This document shows, piece by piece, positions 18,107-28,034 of a stretch of DNA of 64,000 nt. Source of the stretch: Caldilineaceae bacterium (GTDB lineage: Bacteria; Chloroflexota; Anaerolineae; Caldilineales; Caldilineaceae). The notes beneath the pieces were generated by a model. That model did no database searches and was not told the DNA's origin. It worked only from the letters and a program-made list of their open reading frames with translations. Within the stretch, counting starts at the first letter, position 1. Every line of letters begins with the position of its first letter. The position numbers were made by a program, and so were the translations under genes. The stretch lies in NCBI GenBank assembly GCA_965228585.1, contig CBDDHX010000005.1:334965-398964 (forward strand). The letters run 5' to 3'.

Positions 18107-18380
18107 AGTGTGCGTATTGCGGCAAGAGAGAGAAATCTTTACCAGCGTGTGCGGGTCGGTAGCGGTGTCAGCAGAGCACTTGCAATGTTATGCCTCTTCT
18201 TCTTTCGGCCTTGCACAACAGGGCCAAACTGGGTCTGCTGATCCTTGTGCGCAAGTCAGGGGAGCCATGGGTCCACGGGGATGTCGCGCCATCAGTGTAC
18301 TATAACTGGCGCAGTGTGCATAATGATTTGGATCACAGTTTGGGGATAGAGATAAAGCCATAGCGTGTGAGCTTGTCTTC

Positions 18381-18425
18381 TGTTTTGCCAGCGACTGTTT
18401 TGCCAGCAACTGTTTTGCCAGCAAC
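18381..18425. repeat. 15 bp tandem repeat x3 (tgttttgccagc[ga]ac), intergenic
   Basis: Read directly in the kinase/crp divergent region. Confidence 0.85.
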
Positions 18426-18593
18426 TGTGGCGGTAAATATCTTCTGTATACAGATCTGTATCTTTCTTCTATACCCATGATGATAGGTTTATCAAGTGAT
18501 GGATGTCATTATGGCTCCACAAATTACTCCAACGTATTCGCCTGATTCTTACCTGCACTTGCAGACTCTGTTCTAAATATACAATTGAACATC

Positions 18594-18667
18594 TAAAGTG
18601 GGCTCTGTTTGAAATCAGTAGTTCCGGCAAGAGAAAACCTACCGTTTTCAAGTCAACCGCACTGTAA
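18594..18667. repeat. Family A palindromic element, long form (23 nt insert in the apical loop)
   Basis: taaagtgggctctgtttgaaa-TCAGTAGTTCCGGCAAGAGAAAA-cctaccgttttcaagtcaaccgcactgtaa. Confidence 0.85.
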
Positions 18668-18788
18668 GACTGTTCAAAGGAATCATATCCAAGCGAACAA
18701 CGTCGGTAACCGCACATTTATCCAAACGAATTCATCCGAGCGAGCCTGGAACTGACTTTTCGAGTCCACAAAGGGGAAACATACTATT

Positions 18789-19535
18789 ATGAGTGCAACT
18801 GCTATGCCAACATCGGGCACCACTGCGTCGACCACGACCGCAACACCTCAGCTTTGGGGCAGCACAATGAACATGCCCGAGGATTACCGGGCACTAGCCC
18901 CCCAGTTGACCAATCTGCAGCATGAAGATCATACCTTTGACAAGCTGATTCGCGCTCAGCGGTACAAGGCGGGCTCGGTTGTGGCAACCTACGCCGATCT
19001 GACCAATCACGTCTTTATCTTGATCAAGGGACGCGTGAACCTCGTCTGGCGCAATAACATGGTGGGGCGTCAGTTGGTGATGTCGACGCTGGAGCCTGGT
19101 GCCATTCTCAGCCAACAGCAGTTGCCCAAAAGCCGTCGTGGCAGCCAATTTGTCGAAGCCGTGGAGAATTCGGTCTTCTGGCGCATTCCAGCTGACAAGC
19201 TGGAAGATGTCATCGTGCGTTATCCGATTCTGAGTTGGGGGCTCTTGCAGACCTATGCCGCCCGCCTCATTCAAGTGGAGGATCACATGGAAGCGGTGAC
19301 CTGCAAGAAATTGCCCGAACGGGTGGCCGAGCTGCTGCTCTCGCTCGATCATAAAGAAGATGGCAATTTGGAAGGGATCAGCCACCAGATGTTGGCCGAT
19401 CACCTGGGCACCTATCGCGAGACCGTTAGCTCCATCCTCCGCGAATTCAAGCGCAACGCGCTGATCAAGCTGGGCTATCGCCGCATTCAACTGCTCGACA
19501 CTGAAAAACTTGAGGTCATTGCTGGCATCTGGTAA
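18789..19535 (+). CDS. Crp/Fnr-family transcriptional regulator
   Basis: A cNMP-binding-like beta-roll (VFILIKGRVNLVW) and a C-terminal HTH (ISHQMLADHLGTYRETVSSILREFKRNALI). A Thr/Ser-rich N-terminal extension means the start may be MNMPEDY at 18867. Confidence 0.8.
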   Translation: MSATAMPTSGTTASTTTATPQLWGSTMNMPEDYRALAPQLTNLQHEDHTFDKLIRAQRYKAGSVVATYADLTNHVFILIKGRVNLVWRNNMVGRQLVMSTLEPGAILSQQQLPKSRRGSQFVEAVENSVFWRIPADKLEDVIVRYPILSWGLLQTYAARLIQVEDHMEAVTCKKLPERVAELLLSLDHKEDGNLEGISHQMLADHLGTYRETVSSILREFKRNALIKLGYRRIQLLDTEKLEVIAGIW

Positions 19536-19579
19536 GCAGACCAACGGCGACTGAATCTTATAGAGGTAGACCCAATCAG

Positions 19580-19608
19580 TCCGGGGAGCGATCGCTCCCC
19601 GGATTTTG
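19580..19608 (+). terminator. Terminator: perfect 24 bp palindrome followed by a T-run
   Basis: tccggggagcgatcgctccccgga (19580..19603) is followed by tttt. It lies 45 nt after the crp stop. Confidence 0.7.
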
Positions 19609-19704
19609 TATGCCTTGCTCCCAATTGCAACTTCATTTATACTCACCAGCAGTGCAACTCTCTGTCCACCCCACCCTCACAATCAACACCGGAAAGGAAA
19701 CTCC

Positions 19705-21204
19705 ATGCGCGCGATCATGGTCATGTTTGATTCGCTGAACCGGCACATGTTGCCCCCCTATGGCTGCGACTGGACCCACGCCCCCAACTTCGCCCGCCTG
19801 GCCGAACGCACGGTCCGCTTCGACAACAGTTACATTGGCAGCATGCCCTGTATGCCCGCCCGCCGTGAACTCCATACCGGGCGCTATAACTTTTTGCACC
19901 GGGCTTGGGGACCGCTAGAGCCCTTTGACGATTCAATGCCAGAGTTGTTGGACAACAATGGCATCTACACCCACCTCTCCACCGATCACTATCATTATTT
20001 TGAGGATGGCGGCATGACCTATCACGGTCGCTACACCTCGTGGGATTTTGAGCGGGGACAGGAAGGTGATCCCTGGAAAGGGGTTGCCGGTGATTATGAT
20101 GTGCCCGAAGCGCTGGTGGTGCGTCGTTCGGTTAATGCCAACCCCAACTCGTTGAAACAGGCGTGGCGTCAGGATTGGATCAACCGTGACTACATGACCA
20201 CAGAAGAGGCTCAGCCGCAACCGCGCACCTTTCAGAATGGCCTTGAATTCATCCGCACCAACGCCGACGCCGACAAATGGTTCTTGCAGATCGAAACCTT
20301 TGACCCCCACGAACCTTTCTTTACCCAGGAAAACTACAAGGCGCTCTACCCGCACGAATACGATGGCCCCCACTTTGATTGGCCGCCCTATCGGCCGGTC
20401 GAAGAGACCCCAGAGCAGGTGCAGCACATGCGCTATCAATATGCCGCACTGCTCTCCATGTGTGATGTCTACATGGGCAAGGTGATTGATCTGATGGATG
20501 AACTTGATCTGTGGGAAGATACCATGCTCATCGTCTGTACCGATCATGGCTTCATGTTGGGCGAACATGATTGGTGGGCCAAGAACAGCCAGCCATGGTA
20601 CTCGGAGCTGGCACGAACCCCCCTCTTTATCTGGGACCCGCGCGCACAGCGGCGGGATGTTGCCGTGGATAGCCTGGCACAAATGACCGATCTCTCCGCC
20701 ACATTGCTCGATTTCTTTGACGTTCCCCTGCCCGATGATATGGAAGGTTTACCCTTGCGCGAGGCTGTTGCTTCCGGGGCAGCTACCCACGAGGCGGTGC
20801 TCTTTGGCGTGCACGGCGGCCATGTCAACGTAACCGATGGCCGCTATGTCTACATGCGCGCGCCGGTTACGCCAGAAAATGAGCCACTCTACGAATATAC
20901 GCTCATGCCGACCCGCATGCGCCGTCTTTTCACGCCAGAAGAGATGAGCGACACAGAATTGGTGCCGCCACTTTCATTTACCAAGGGGCTGTCAGTGCTC
21001 AAAAATGCCGCACGCATGTGGTCACAGGTCCATAGTTTTGAGACCCTCCTCTTCGATCTGGAGGCTGACCCAGAACAGGCAGAACCATTGCAGGATCGTG
21101 CCATCGAGGAGCGCATGATCAAGCTCATGGTGGCGCGCATGCAGGCCAACGATGCGCCGGCAGAGCAATATGTACGGCTGGGGCTGGAAGCCTATGTCGA
21201 ATGA
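19705..21204 (+). CDS. Sulfatase-family hydrolase (Cys-type formylglycine motif)
   Basis: MRAIMVMFDSLNRH..., CxPxR motif SMPCMPARRELHTGRY, and later CTDHGFMLGEH. A GGAAAGGAAA RBS precedes the ATG at 19705; the track starts at 19606. Confidence 0.85.
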   Translation: MRAIMVMFDSLNRHMLPPYGCDWTHAPNFARLAERTVRFDNSYIGSMPCMPARRELHTGRYNFLHRAWGPLEPFDDSMPELLDNNGIYTHLSTDHYHYFEDGGMTYHGRYTSWDFERGQEGDPWKGVAGDYDVPEALVVRRSVNANPNSLKQAWRQDWINRDYMTTEEAQPQPRTFQNGLEFIRTNADADKWFLQIETFDPHEPFFTQENYKALYPHEYDGPHFDWPPYRPVEETPEQVQHMRYQYAALLSMCDVYMGKVIDLMDELDLWEDTMLIVCTDHGFMLGEHDWWAKNSQPWYSELARTPLFIWDPRAQRRDVAVDSLAQMTDLSATLLDFFDVPLPDDMEGLPLREAVASGAATHEAVLFGVHGGHVNVTDGRYVYMRAPVTPENEPLYEYTLMPTRMRRLFTPEEMSDTELVPPLSFTKGLSVLKNAARMWSQVHSFETLLFDLEADPEQAEPLQDRAIEERMIKLMVARMQANDAPAEQYVRLGLEAYVE

Positions 21205-21883
21205 TCCGCACGGGCCAAAGCGCACCGATCCATTTGCTCAACGCCGCGACCGCTTCCGCGGCTACGAATCATCCGCCGCGGTCACGGCTTATCTTGAACG
21301 GCTGGAGCGGGAGTGGCCCGCGCGTGCCACCATTGCCGACCAGATCCAACGGCTGATTGCCCAACTCGATAGCCCGGTCCCACATCTGCTGGAGCTCTGC
21401 TGTGGGCCGGGACGGCTGGCCCAGACGCTGCTCGACGCGCAACCTACCCTGCAGTACACTGGGGTCGATCTCTCGCCCCCGTTTTTGGCGCACGCCCGCC
21501 AACAGTTGGCCGAGCACGCCGCACGCGTGACGCTGCTGCCGCTCGATCTCAGCGAGCCTGGTTGGGTGGAGCAGGTGCAGGCAGCCGCTCCATTTCACGC
21601 CATTGTTTCGCTGCAATCGTTGCACGACGTGGGCGATGCCGGGGTAATCGAGCGCCTCTATGCACAGGCAAAGACCCTATTGGCAGCTGGCGGCTTCTGC
21701 CTCAACGCCGACCTGATTGTCGCCGACGGTGAAACACTCCCCGACAATCCCGGTCGCCTCACGGTTTCCCACCATCTACAGCTGCTGCGCGCGGCGGGCT
21801 ATGTCAATGTCCGCTGTCTGTCGACACCGGGCGGCTTTGGTCTGGTGGCGGGCTGGAGACCAGCGGGCGAATCAATGCAATAG
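21194..21883 (+). CDS. Class I SAM-dependent methyltransferase
   Basis: Motif I LLELCCGPGRLAQ, then YTGVDLSPPFL. The ATG at 21194 overlaps the sulfatase stop by 11 nt. Alternative starts lie at 21152 and 21170. Confidence 0.75.
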   Translation: MSNDPHGPKRTDPFAQRRDRFRGYESSAAVTAYLERLEREWPARATIADQIQRLIAQLDSPVPHLLELCCGPGRLAQTLLDAQPTLQYTGVDLSPPFLAHARQQLAEHAARVTLLPLDLSEPGWVEQVQAAAPFHAIVSLQSLHDVGDAGVIERLYAQAKTLLAAGGFCLNADLIVADGETLPDNPGRLTVSHHLQLLRAAGYVNVRCLSTPGGFGLVAGWRPAGESMQ

Positions 21884-21887
21884 CTAG

Positions 21888-21988
21888 TACATCCCGGCGT
21901 CAATCAGGCCACACTTGTTTTGCGGTTTGTACTTGAGTTGAAGGGGCTGATTAGCTGCCGTGGTATGTACGCCACACTGTACAAGGTT
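21888..21988. repeat. Dispersed palindromic element, family C-prime
   Basis: atcccggcgtcaatcaggccacac...ggggctgattagctgccgtggtatgtacgccacactgtacaagg, similar to 3241..3335. Confidence 0.7.
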
Positions 21989-22009
21989 AACGCAAAAAGG
22001 AAGAGTGCT

Positions 22010-22756
22010 ATGGAAAGAAACGGTGTACTCAGTGGCAAAGTCGCGGTGGTGACCGGCGCGGGGCGCGGCATTGGCCGCGCCATTGCAATTGGCTATGCCG
22101 CCGCGGGGGCCGCGATCGTCTGCGCCGCGCGCACCGTCGGCGAAATCGAAGATACGGCAGAGACGATTCGACAACGGGGCGGCCAGGCGTTGGCGCTGCC
22201 CGCGGATGTGACCGATGCTGCCGCGGTGGATGCGCTCTTCCAGCAGAGCGTCGAGCATTTTGGCGGCATTGATATCGTTGTAATCAATGCCGGTGTCAAC
22301 CTGGATCGGCGGGCCGTGGCCGAGAGTGTGCCCGCGGATTGGCGCATGACCATGGAAGTCAACCTCTTTGGGGCCTATCATTGTGCCAGGGCAGCCTTGC
22401 CCCATCTCAAAGAACGCGGTGGGGGGAAGATCATCATGATCGGGTCGGGCATGGGACACCGGGGCAGCGCGGGTAGCTCGGCCTACGCCTGTTCCAAGGC
22501 GGGGCTGTGGATGTTTACCCGCGTCCTTGCCCAAGAGGTCTGGCAGGATAAAATTAGTGTCAACGAACTGATCCCTGGCCCCGTCAATACCGCAATGACC
22601 GCTGACGAGGCGGCCCAAGCCGGGGTAGCCTTTGCCACCAGTAGTGAATGGACCAAAGGGCCCGAAGATGTCGTGCCGCTGGCCCTCTTCCTCGCCACCC
22701 AGCCTGCGGTCGGTCCCACCGCACAGAGTTTCAGCTTGATGCGGCGGGATGGGTGA
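22010..22756 (+). CDS. Short-chain dehydrogenase/reductase (SDR)
   Basis: VAVVTGAGRGIGRAIA (TGxxxGxG), NAG, and the S...YxxxK context SAYACSKAG. A purine-rich RBS (aaaaaggaagag) lies upstream. The 332 aa - ORF 21884..22882 is a shadow. Confidence 0.85.
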   Translation: MERNGVLSGKVAVVTGAGRGIGRAIAIGYAAAGAAIVCAARTVGEIEDTAETIRQRGGQALALPADVTDAAAVDALFQQSVEHFGGIDIVVINAGVNLDRRAVAESVPADWRMTMEVNLFGAYHCARAALPHLKERGGGKIIMIGSGMGHRGSAGSSAYACSKAGLWMFTRVLAQEVWQDKISVNELIPGPVNTAMTADEAAQAGVAFATSSEWTKGPEDVVPLALFLATQPAVGPTAQSFSLMRRDG

Positions 22757-22906
22757 ACATTTCCACCCTGCGCGCACCAAACAATTGAACCATATCACTT
22801 TGAGATGGTAAGATTGATTTGCCCCGGTAAAGGTGCGCTGGTTATGGGGCAGGCTACCAACCACTTTGTGGGCTCGCCACAAAGCACGAAGGAGTAAGGC
22901 TGAACG

Positions 22907-23707
22907 ATGTGTACGAGTTTTGGATTATATGCAGACCAAACCTATATTGGCATGAATTTTGATATCTCCGATCGACCCATCAAGCTCTGCCTAAAAGGAG
23001 AGAATCAATTTCTGATTTATCAAAAAGATGGCGGTAAATTTTTGCCTGCCTTTGGCATCAACAAAAATGGCACATTCATGAATCTGCTCATGGTGAAAGC
23101 CAATGCGGCAGGTGAATATCGACGTGGTAAGGATTGTCTCCACATCATCAAATTGTTTGATAATGTTTTGGGCGAAAAGATCAGTTTGGATGAGTTGGAT
23201 ACGGTGTTGCAAGAGAAGACCATCGTTAATGTGCCAAACATCAGTGTACATAGCATGATTGCCGCCAAAAACGGTAGAGCCTATGTGATTGAACCAGGGA
23301 GAACAAATCTCAGCTTCAATCCGTCTGACCAAAACTTTTTGGCCTTGACCAACTTTCCGCTCACGAATTTGGGAGAGATGGCGGATGGCGTAACTGGTGC
23401 GGGTGCCGATCGATATCAGGTCTGCACGCAGCTCTTAGCAGAGCATCAGGGCGACTTTGATGTGGCGCATGGCTTATCCATATTGGCATCAACCGCGCAA
23501 GCTGCCGGCGATTATCCGACCCAGCTTTCAATGCTGGCCATGCCAGAAGAGGGGATCATCTACTTTACGGTAAAGCGGAACTATCAAAAGCGATTTACCT
23601 TCTCATTTGCCGATGAGCTACTGCGTACGGACGAGGGGTTTGCAGCGCCCCGGGCGATTACGCTGGACAAGAGAGGTGTATTGCTATCGGCATTGGAAGA
23701 GTGGTAA
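22907..23707 (+). CDS. Ntn-hydrolase, choloylglycine hydrolase / linear amide C-N hydrolase-like (N-terminal Cys nucleophile)
   Basis: It starts MCTSFGLYADQTYIGMNFD, matching the MCT...G.NFD pattern of the CBAH family. The gene is visibly more AT-rich than its neighbours. Confidence 0.6.
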   Translation: MCTSFGLYADQTYIGMNFDISDRPIKLCLKGENQFLIYQKDGGKFLPAFGINKNGTFMNLLMVKANAAGEYRRGKDCLHIIKLFDNVLGEKISLDELDTVLQEKTIVNVPNISVHSMIAAKNGRAYVIEPGRTNLSFNPSDQNFLALTNFPLTNLGEMADGVTGAGADRYQVCTQLLAEHQGDFDVAHGLSILASTAQAAGDYPTQLSMLAMPEEGIIYFTVKRNYQKRFTFSFADELLRTDEGFAAPRAITLDKRGVLLSALEEW

Positions 23708-23850
23708 GAGAGATTGGCCGTGGTGCGCTCTGCTTGCCTGCAAGCGTTGGTCTTTCGCCTGTTGCGCCCGAGCAGCGCCCACCATTTGGGCAACCCGCCC
23801 CCCAAAAGTTTGGCCCCCCGCCTACTTTATGCTATACTCTGCGCAGCCGT

Positions 23851-23924
<74 letters not shown>

Positions 23925-24030
23925 TTTTCAATGTAACCAGAAGGCACTCTATCGAGCCGGAAGCATTCATTGCTTCCGGTTTTTGTATTGGTGCAGATGT
24001 CCCCGAAAAAAGGCGGTGGAGTACACATCT

Positions 24031-24056
24031 CTTCGCAAGGGTACGCCCCCTACAAG
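24031..24056 (-). repeat. REP element (GTAG + GC-rich hairpin) overlapping the RAYT stop codon
   Basis: The minus strand reads cttGTAGGGGGCGTACCCTTGCGAAG. The TAG stop of the RAYT gene is inside the GTAG tetranucleotide. Confidence 0.7.
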
Positions 24057-24742
24057 TACTGCCGAATATCGTTGAGGTAGTCGTCGATGGCTTGGGGAAA
24101 GGGTAACCCTAGACGGTTGGCGGGATTATCGGGATCATCATTCCACCGTCTAGGGTTGTCACGGATATAGTGGCGAATGGCCATCAATGTCCGAACATTG
24201 CGGATGATCTGCTCATAATAGTTACGTTGCCAAAATTTGGCGCGTTGCAGGCGGTCATGCCGTCTGATCCAATCTAAATATACTGTGCTTACCAACGACT
24301 TCCAAGCACCTACCACTTCTCCCAAAGCTGGTCGCTCCTTTACCGTCTGCGGCACCGGAATTATCCAATCCCATGTTGGGGGACGACGAGAGTCCGCCCC
24401 TGTGAAAGATTGCCCGTAAATCTGAATCTGCGCTGCCGACGGCGAGGAACCAGGCGATTTTCCTACCGAAGTGAGGTCAATCTCTGCGCCAGGATTGACC
24501 TCAAGCCAGATAACAAAATGTATGTGGTTGGGCATAACTGTAAAATTGTCGAGTCCAATTGTTGGAAACCAACTGGGTAGGGCAAGCCATACATCGCAAC
24601 AGATGTGGGTTAGAATCGGATCATCAAGCACACATTGCCGATTTTGTGTGCAAACTGTGACAAAATATGCCCCAGGTTGTGAGTAATCATAGCCTGCCTT
24701 GCGAATTGAGCGTCGATGATGGCTATCGGGATTGTATGTCAT
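24050..24742 (-). CDS. REP-associated tyrosine transposase (RAYT), IS200/IS605-like Y1 transposase family
   Basis: HUH motif PNHIHFVIW and Tyr motif WQRNYYEQIIRN. The start at MTYNPD (24742) is preferred because the track extension to 24805 runs through a REP. Confidence 0.8.
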   Translation of the reverse strand: MTYNPDSHHRRSIRKAGYDYSQPGAYFVTVCTQNRQCVLDDPILTHICCDVWLALPSWFPTIGLDNFTVMPNHIHFVIWLEVNPGAEIDLTSVGKSPGSSPSAAQIQIYGQSFTGADSRRPPTWDWIIPVPQTVKERPALGEVVGAWKSLVSTVYLDWIRRHDRLQRAKFWQRNYYEQIIRNVRTLMAIRHYIRDNPRRWNDDPDNPANRLGLPFPQAIDDYLNDIRQYL

Positions 24743-24754
24743 GACGGATCTCTC

Positions 24755-24833
24755 GTAGGGGCATGCCCTTGCGGCTGCCCTGGTTGATGACGACGGGTGT
24801 TCCATGGGGGCGACCGCAAGGGTGCGCCCCTAC
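24755..24833. repeat. Inverted pair of REPs just upstream of the RAYT start
   Basis: GTAGGGGCATGCCCTTGCGGCTGCCC (24755..24780, + strand) and GTAGGGGCGCACCCTTGCGGTCGCCCCC (24806..24833, read on the - strand). Confidence 0.7.
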
Positions 24834-24927
24834 GAATCGTATCATGGCTACATAGCGAACGCCTCGTTCATTTGCCCTGAGGCGCGCATCGGCAACGAAC
24901 CCAGGTAGAGCGCTGAAGTTGCGCGTG

Positions 24928-25653
24928 TCAGGTGGTTGTTCCCGCCATGGCTGGGCTGGTCAATACTGGAGACTCAGCTGCTGTGGGATTCGTTTCCGGT
25001 GTGGCCGCCAACACCGGCGCCATATCTGGATAATTCGGCTCTGCCTCAATGCTTCTGTCACTGGATAGGACCTCTTTGAGACGCAGCATGGCACGTTTGG
25101 GATCGTGCTCAAAGGCGTGTTGAATGCCGGCGATCTGTTGGGATGCATTGGCTTTTCTACGTGTAATCCGGCTAAATATTCTCTTTGGCTGGGGTATCAG
25201 TCTATCGCGCTCAAGTTTGTCGTAGAGCGGTTCGATCAATGCCTGATGCCTGCCGGCCGTCGGTTTCTTCTCAAAATCCAGATAGAGTAAATACGCATTG
25301 ACGTCAAGTTCTTTCTGCAATGAAAGAAAGATTGTCTCCAGGTAATTATTGATGCTTGTTTCCAGAACAGCTTGCAATTCTGGCGCTTTCTGAATTTGGG
25401 GCGACAGCAGCCAATCTAACTTCCAATTCAAGCTCGTGCAGTAGCCCTGCACGAGATCAAATAGAATTTCACTTTCGCGCATGGAAAGACCCTGCTTCCA
25501 GAGTTGAAAAGCAGGGATGGGCGTTTGGTAGCTGATCATCCAGGCGTGTAGATCCTGCACCTGTTCCCGGCGTTGCTTGCGTCTTTGCCGAGCGCGCAAG
25601 TTGATGCCGAGCAGGAAGAAAATGAGCAAAAAAGTGCTGATGAACAGTAACAT
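24928..25653 (-). CDS. Membrane-anchored hypothetical protein (paralog family with 31750..32670)
   Basis: An N-terminal TM segment (MLLFISTFLLIFFLLGI) and the shared block LWKQGLSMRESEILFDLVQGYCTSLNWKLDWLL, against MWLASLTDEQILALTEHLADFCHDMGFELDWLL in the paralog. Confidence 0.6.
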   Translation of the reverse strand: MLLFISTFLLIFFLLGINLRARQRRKQRREQVQDLHAWMISYQTPIPAFQLWKQGLSMRESEILFDLVQGYCTSLNWKLDWLLSPQIQKAPELQAVLETSINNYLETIFLSLQKELDVNAYLLYLDFEKKPTAGRHQALIEPLYDKLERDRLIPQPKRIFSRITRRKANASQQIAGIQHAFEHDPKRAMLRLKEVLSSDRSIEAEPNYPDMAPVLAATPETNPTAAESPVLTSPAMAGTTT

Positions 25654-25742
25654 GGTCTAACCCTTACTTATTTTTCCGACGAGTTCTCTGTCCACGCGGT
25701 GGACGGTTACGCCATGCCAACGCTCACCTTCAGGATGAGAAC

Positions 25743-26291
25743 TCAACGCAGCTTTTCAACTGTCTCTTTGCCTATCGGGGGACGTTTTTCCAGTGGCGCC
25801 AGCCCATTGCGAAAGAGCCCCACCGCAATATCGGCTGCTTCCAGTTGAACCTCAACAGCCGCGGCAAAGGCCTCGGATTCGCTGCGTGCAGCAGTCTCTG
25901 TCGCTTGCTTCCGTTGGGCGGCGCGTGCTGTGTTCTTCTTCGCAAGCAGCAGCGTCAGAGCAGCTGCTCCCAACATGGCGCAATAGACAGCCGTGGCCGT
26001 GGAATCTGCCAGCAGAATTGTGCCGACACCGCCAGCAAGCAAGAGTGTAGAGATTGAGAACGCTTTCAGGAACCTGCTCCAAATCGAAGGAGGATCCGCA
26101 AAAAAGTGAGAGATGGCCCAATCTAGCTGCCAGACCAATAGAATGGCTACCGCGGCCAATGGAACCGCCACCAAAATGGGGTCGTCAACGGGTGGTCGCA
26201 AGGCCACCAGGCGATTCAGTAGCGCATCTATACTATTTGATATGGCCTCTAGGGTGGACATGAACGTATCCATCGGTGATGAATGCAACAA
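25743..26291 (-). CDS. Integral membrane protein, hypothetical
   Basis: Three or four hydrophobic helices (ILVAVPLAAVAILLVW, FSISTLLLAGGVGTILL, AVYCAMLGAAALTLLLA). I recognise no family. Confidence 0.55.
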   Translation of the reverse strand: MLHSSPMDTFMSTLEAISNSIDALLNRLVALRPPVDDPILVAVPLAAVAILLVWQLDWAISHFFADPPSIWSRFLKAFSISTLLLAGGVGTILLADSTATAVYCAMLGAAALTLLLAKKNTARAAQRKQATETAARSESEAFAAAVEVQLEAADIAVGLFRNGLAPLEKRPPIGKETVEKLR

Positions 26292-26365
26292 GCTGCAATA
26301 TCCATTTGCGCTCTTGCTTGGCTAGCACGCAAACAACGTTCCCAAGCGTAGCTGTGCAGCTGGGA

Positions 26366-28024
26366 TCACGCTGCAGCCGCCACAACGCCCCGCAGATCGA
26401 GCCACCCAGCGGGATGGGGTTGAAAGCCTTCAAGCCGTTTGTGGGCCGCGGTAAAGAGTGGCCGGAAATATGGGATCACGACGGCACCATCTTCCATGAG
26501 CAACTTCTGGGCCTGCTTGTATAGCGCTTTGCGTTGGGCCAGATCCGATTCGCTCCTGGCTGCATCGATTAGCTCATCAAAATCAGGGTTGCTCCAATTT
26601 CCCTCATTCCACTGTGCCGTTGAATGATAGGCAATGGAAAAGGTCTCATCGATACTGGGGCGAAAGTTCCAGCTGCCGATATGAAAGGGAACATTGCGCC
26701 AGTAGGTACTCCAATAGACGTCAGACGGGACGGGCGTTGGCTCGATCTCGAAACCGGCTGCTCTGGCCAGCGTCTGAACGACTTGAGCCAGCTCTAGCAT
26801 GCCAGACTGGGACGTAGAGGTAATCAGATCAAGCTTGATCCCATTTGGATATCCCGCCTCCGCCAACAACATGCGCGCCTCTTCGATATCTGCCGGGGGA
26901 GACGAAATGTTGACAAAAAATTCGCTAAAGGAAGCAACCGGGTGGTCGTGGGCAATTTCTCCTTTGCCCTGCAGCACCATCGCTTGAATCTGTTCCCGAT
27001 CGAGGCAAAGCTTCAAGGCGCGACGCACGCGCACATCGGTAAAGGGCTCTTCCGTGGCCTGCATCACAACCGTCTGATACGAGCCACCAACGCTCTCCAG
27101 CACCGTGATTGTCGCATGGTCGGCCAGGCTTGCTGTTTGTTCGGCGCTGATATCTGGTACCAAATCAACCTCACCAGCTTTTAGCGCTTCTAATTGAACG
27201 GCAATGTCTCCGATGTAGACGTGTTGGATCTCTTCGAGCAGAACCGATTCTTGATCCCAATAGCGCCCGTTGCGTTGCAGCACAACCCGCTCGTTGGGAA
27301 TCGAGCTGGCAAATCGAAACGGTCCGGTACCCGAAGGTTCGGTTGCAAAGAGATTGGGCTCAAAATTATGGGCCACAATCAGCGCCTGTGGTGCACCCAA
27401 TAGATATGGCAGATCCGCGTTGGGCGAATTGAGCAGAAACCGCACCGATCCAGTTTCGCTGCCATCATCAACGATTTCAACCTGATCAATAAAGCTAAAG
27501 AGCGATCGAAGGGGCGATTCGACGGCTGGATCTTGCAATCGAGTGAATGTATAAATGACATCTTCCGCGGTAAACGCTGTGCCGTGGTGAAATTCAACCT
27601 CTTGGCGCAATGTAAAGGTCCAGCTTAGTCCATCGGGTGCAACCTGCCACGCAGTCGCCAAGGCTGGCTGAACTGCCAGATTCTGATCTACCCGGGTGAG
27701 CCCATCAAAGAGCGCATAGCCCAACTGATAGCCGGGGACTGTGGCAAAGGTGGCGGGCTCCCATTGCAGCGGAGGATTATCAAATGCAATGCGCAAAGTC
27801 GCTTCGGGCAAAGGTTCCGACGCAAAGAAGGAGAAGAGCGAGTTCGCTGCTTCTTCCGTTGGTGCCGTGGTCGCGAGATCACCACGCCCAGCTTCCCGCT
27901 TGGAAAATAGGGTTGTCACGCGCTGGCACCCCGCCACCAACAAGCCCATGGTGCCAAGCATGAGGTTTCCAAATTGACGACGATTCACTAAATGGTTACT
28001 CTTTGACAAATGCTTTTCTCGCAT
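26366..28024 (-). CDS. ABC transporter substrate-binding lipoprotein, family 5 (orphan, no adjacent permease)
   Basis: A twin-arginine-like motif plus lipobox (NRRQFGNLMLGTMGLLVAGC), then an SBP_bac_5-like body (LATAWQVAPDGLSWTFTLRQEVEFHHGTAFTAEDV). The start at MREKHL (28024) is preferred over the track start at 28096, which lies in a tandem repeat. Confidence 0.85.
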   Translation of the reverse strand: MREKHLSKSNHLVNRRQFGNLMLGTMGLLVAGCQRVTTLFSKREAGRGDLATTAPTEEAANSLFSFFASEPLPEATLRIAFDNPPLQWEPATFATVPGYQLGYALFDGLTRVDQNLAVQPALATAWQVAPDGLSWTFTLRQEVEFHHGTAFTAEDVIYTFTRLQDPAVESPLRSLFSFIDQVEIVDDGSETGSVRFLLNSPNADLPYLLGAPQALIVAHNFEPNLFATEPSGTGPFRFASSIPNERVVLQRNGRYWDQESVLLEEIQHVYIGDIAVQLEALKAGEVDLVPDISAEQTASLADHATITVLESVGGSYQTVVMQATEEPFTDVRVRRALKLCLDREQIQAMVLQGKGEIAHDHPVASFSEFFVNISSPPADIEEARMLLAEAGYPNGIKLDLITSTSQSGMLELAQVVQTLARAAGFEIEPTPVPSDVYWSTYWRNVPFHIGSWNFRPSIDETFSIAYHSTAQWNEGNWSNPDFDELIDAARSESDLAQRKALYKQAQKLLMEDGAVVIPYFRPLFTAAHKRLEGFQPHPAGWLDLRGVVAAAA

Positions 28025-28034
28025 CGCTGTGTTA

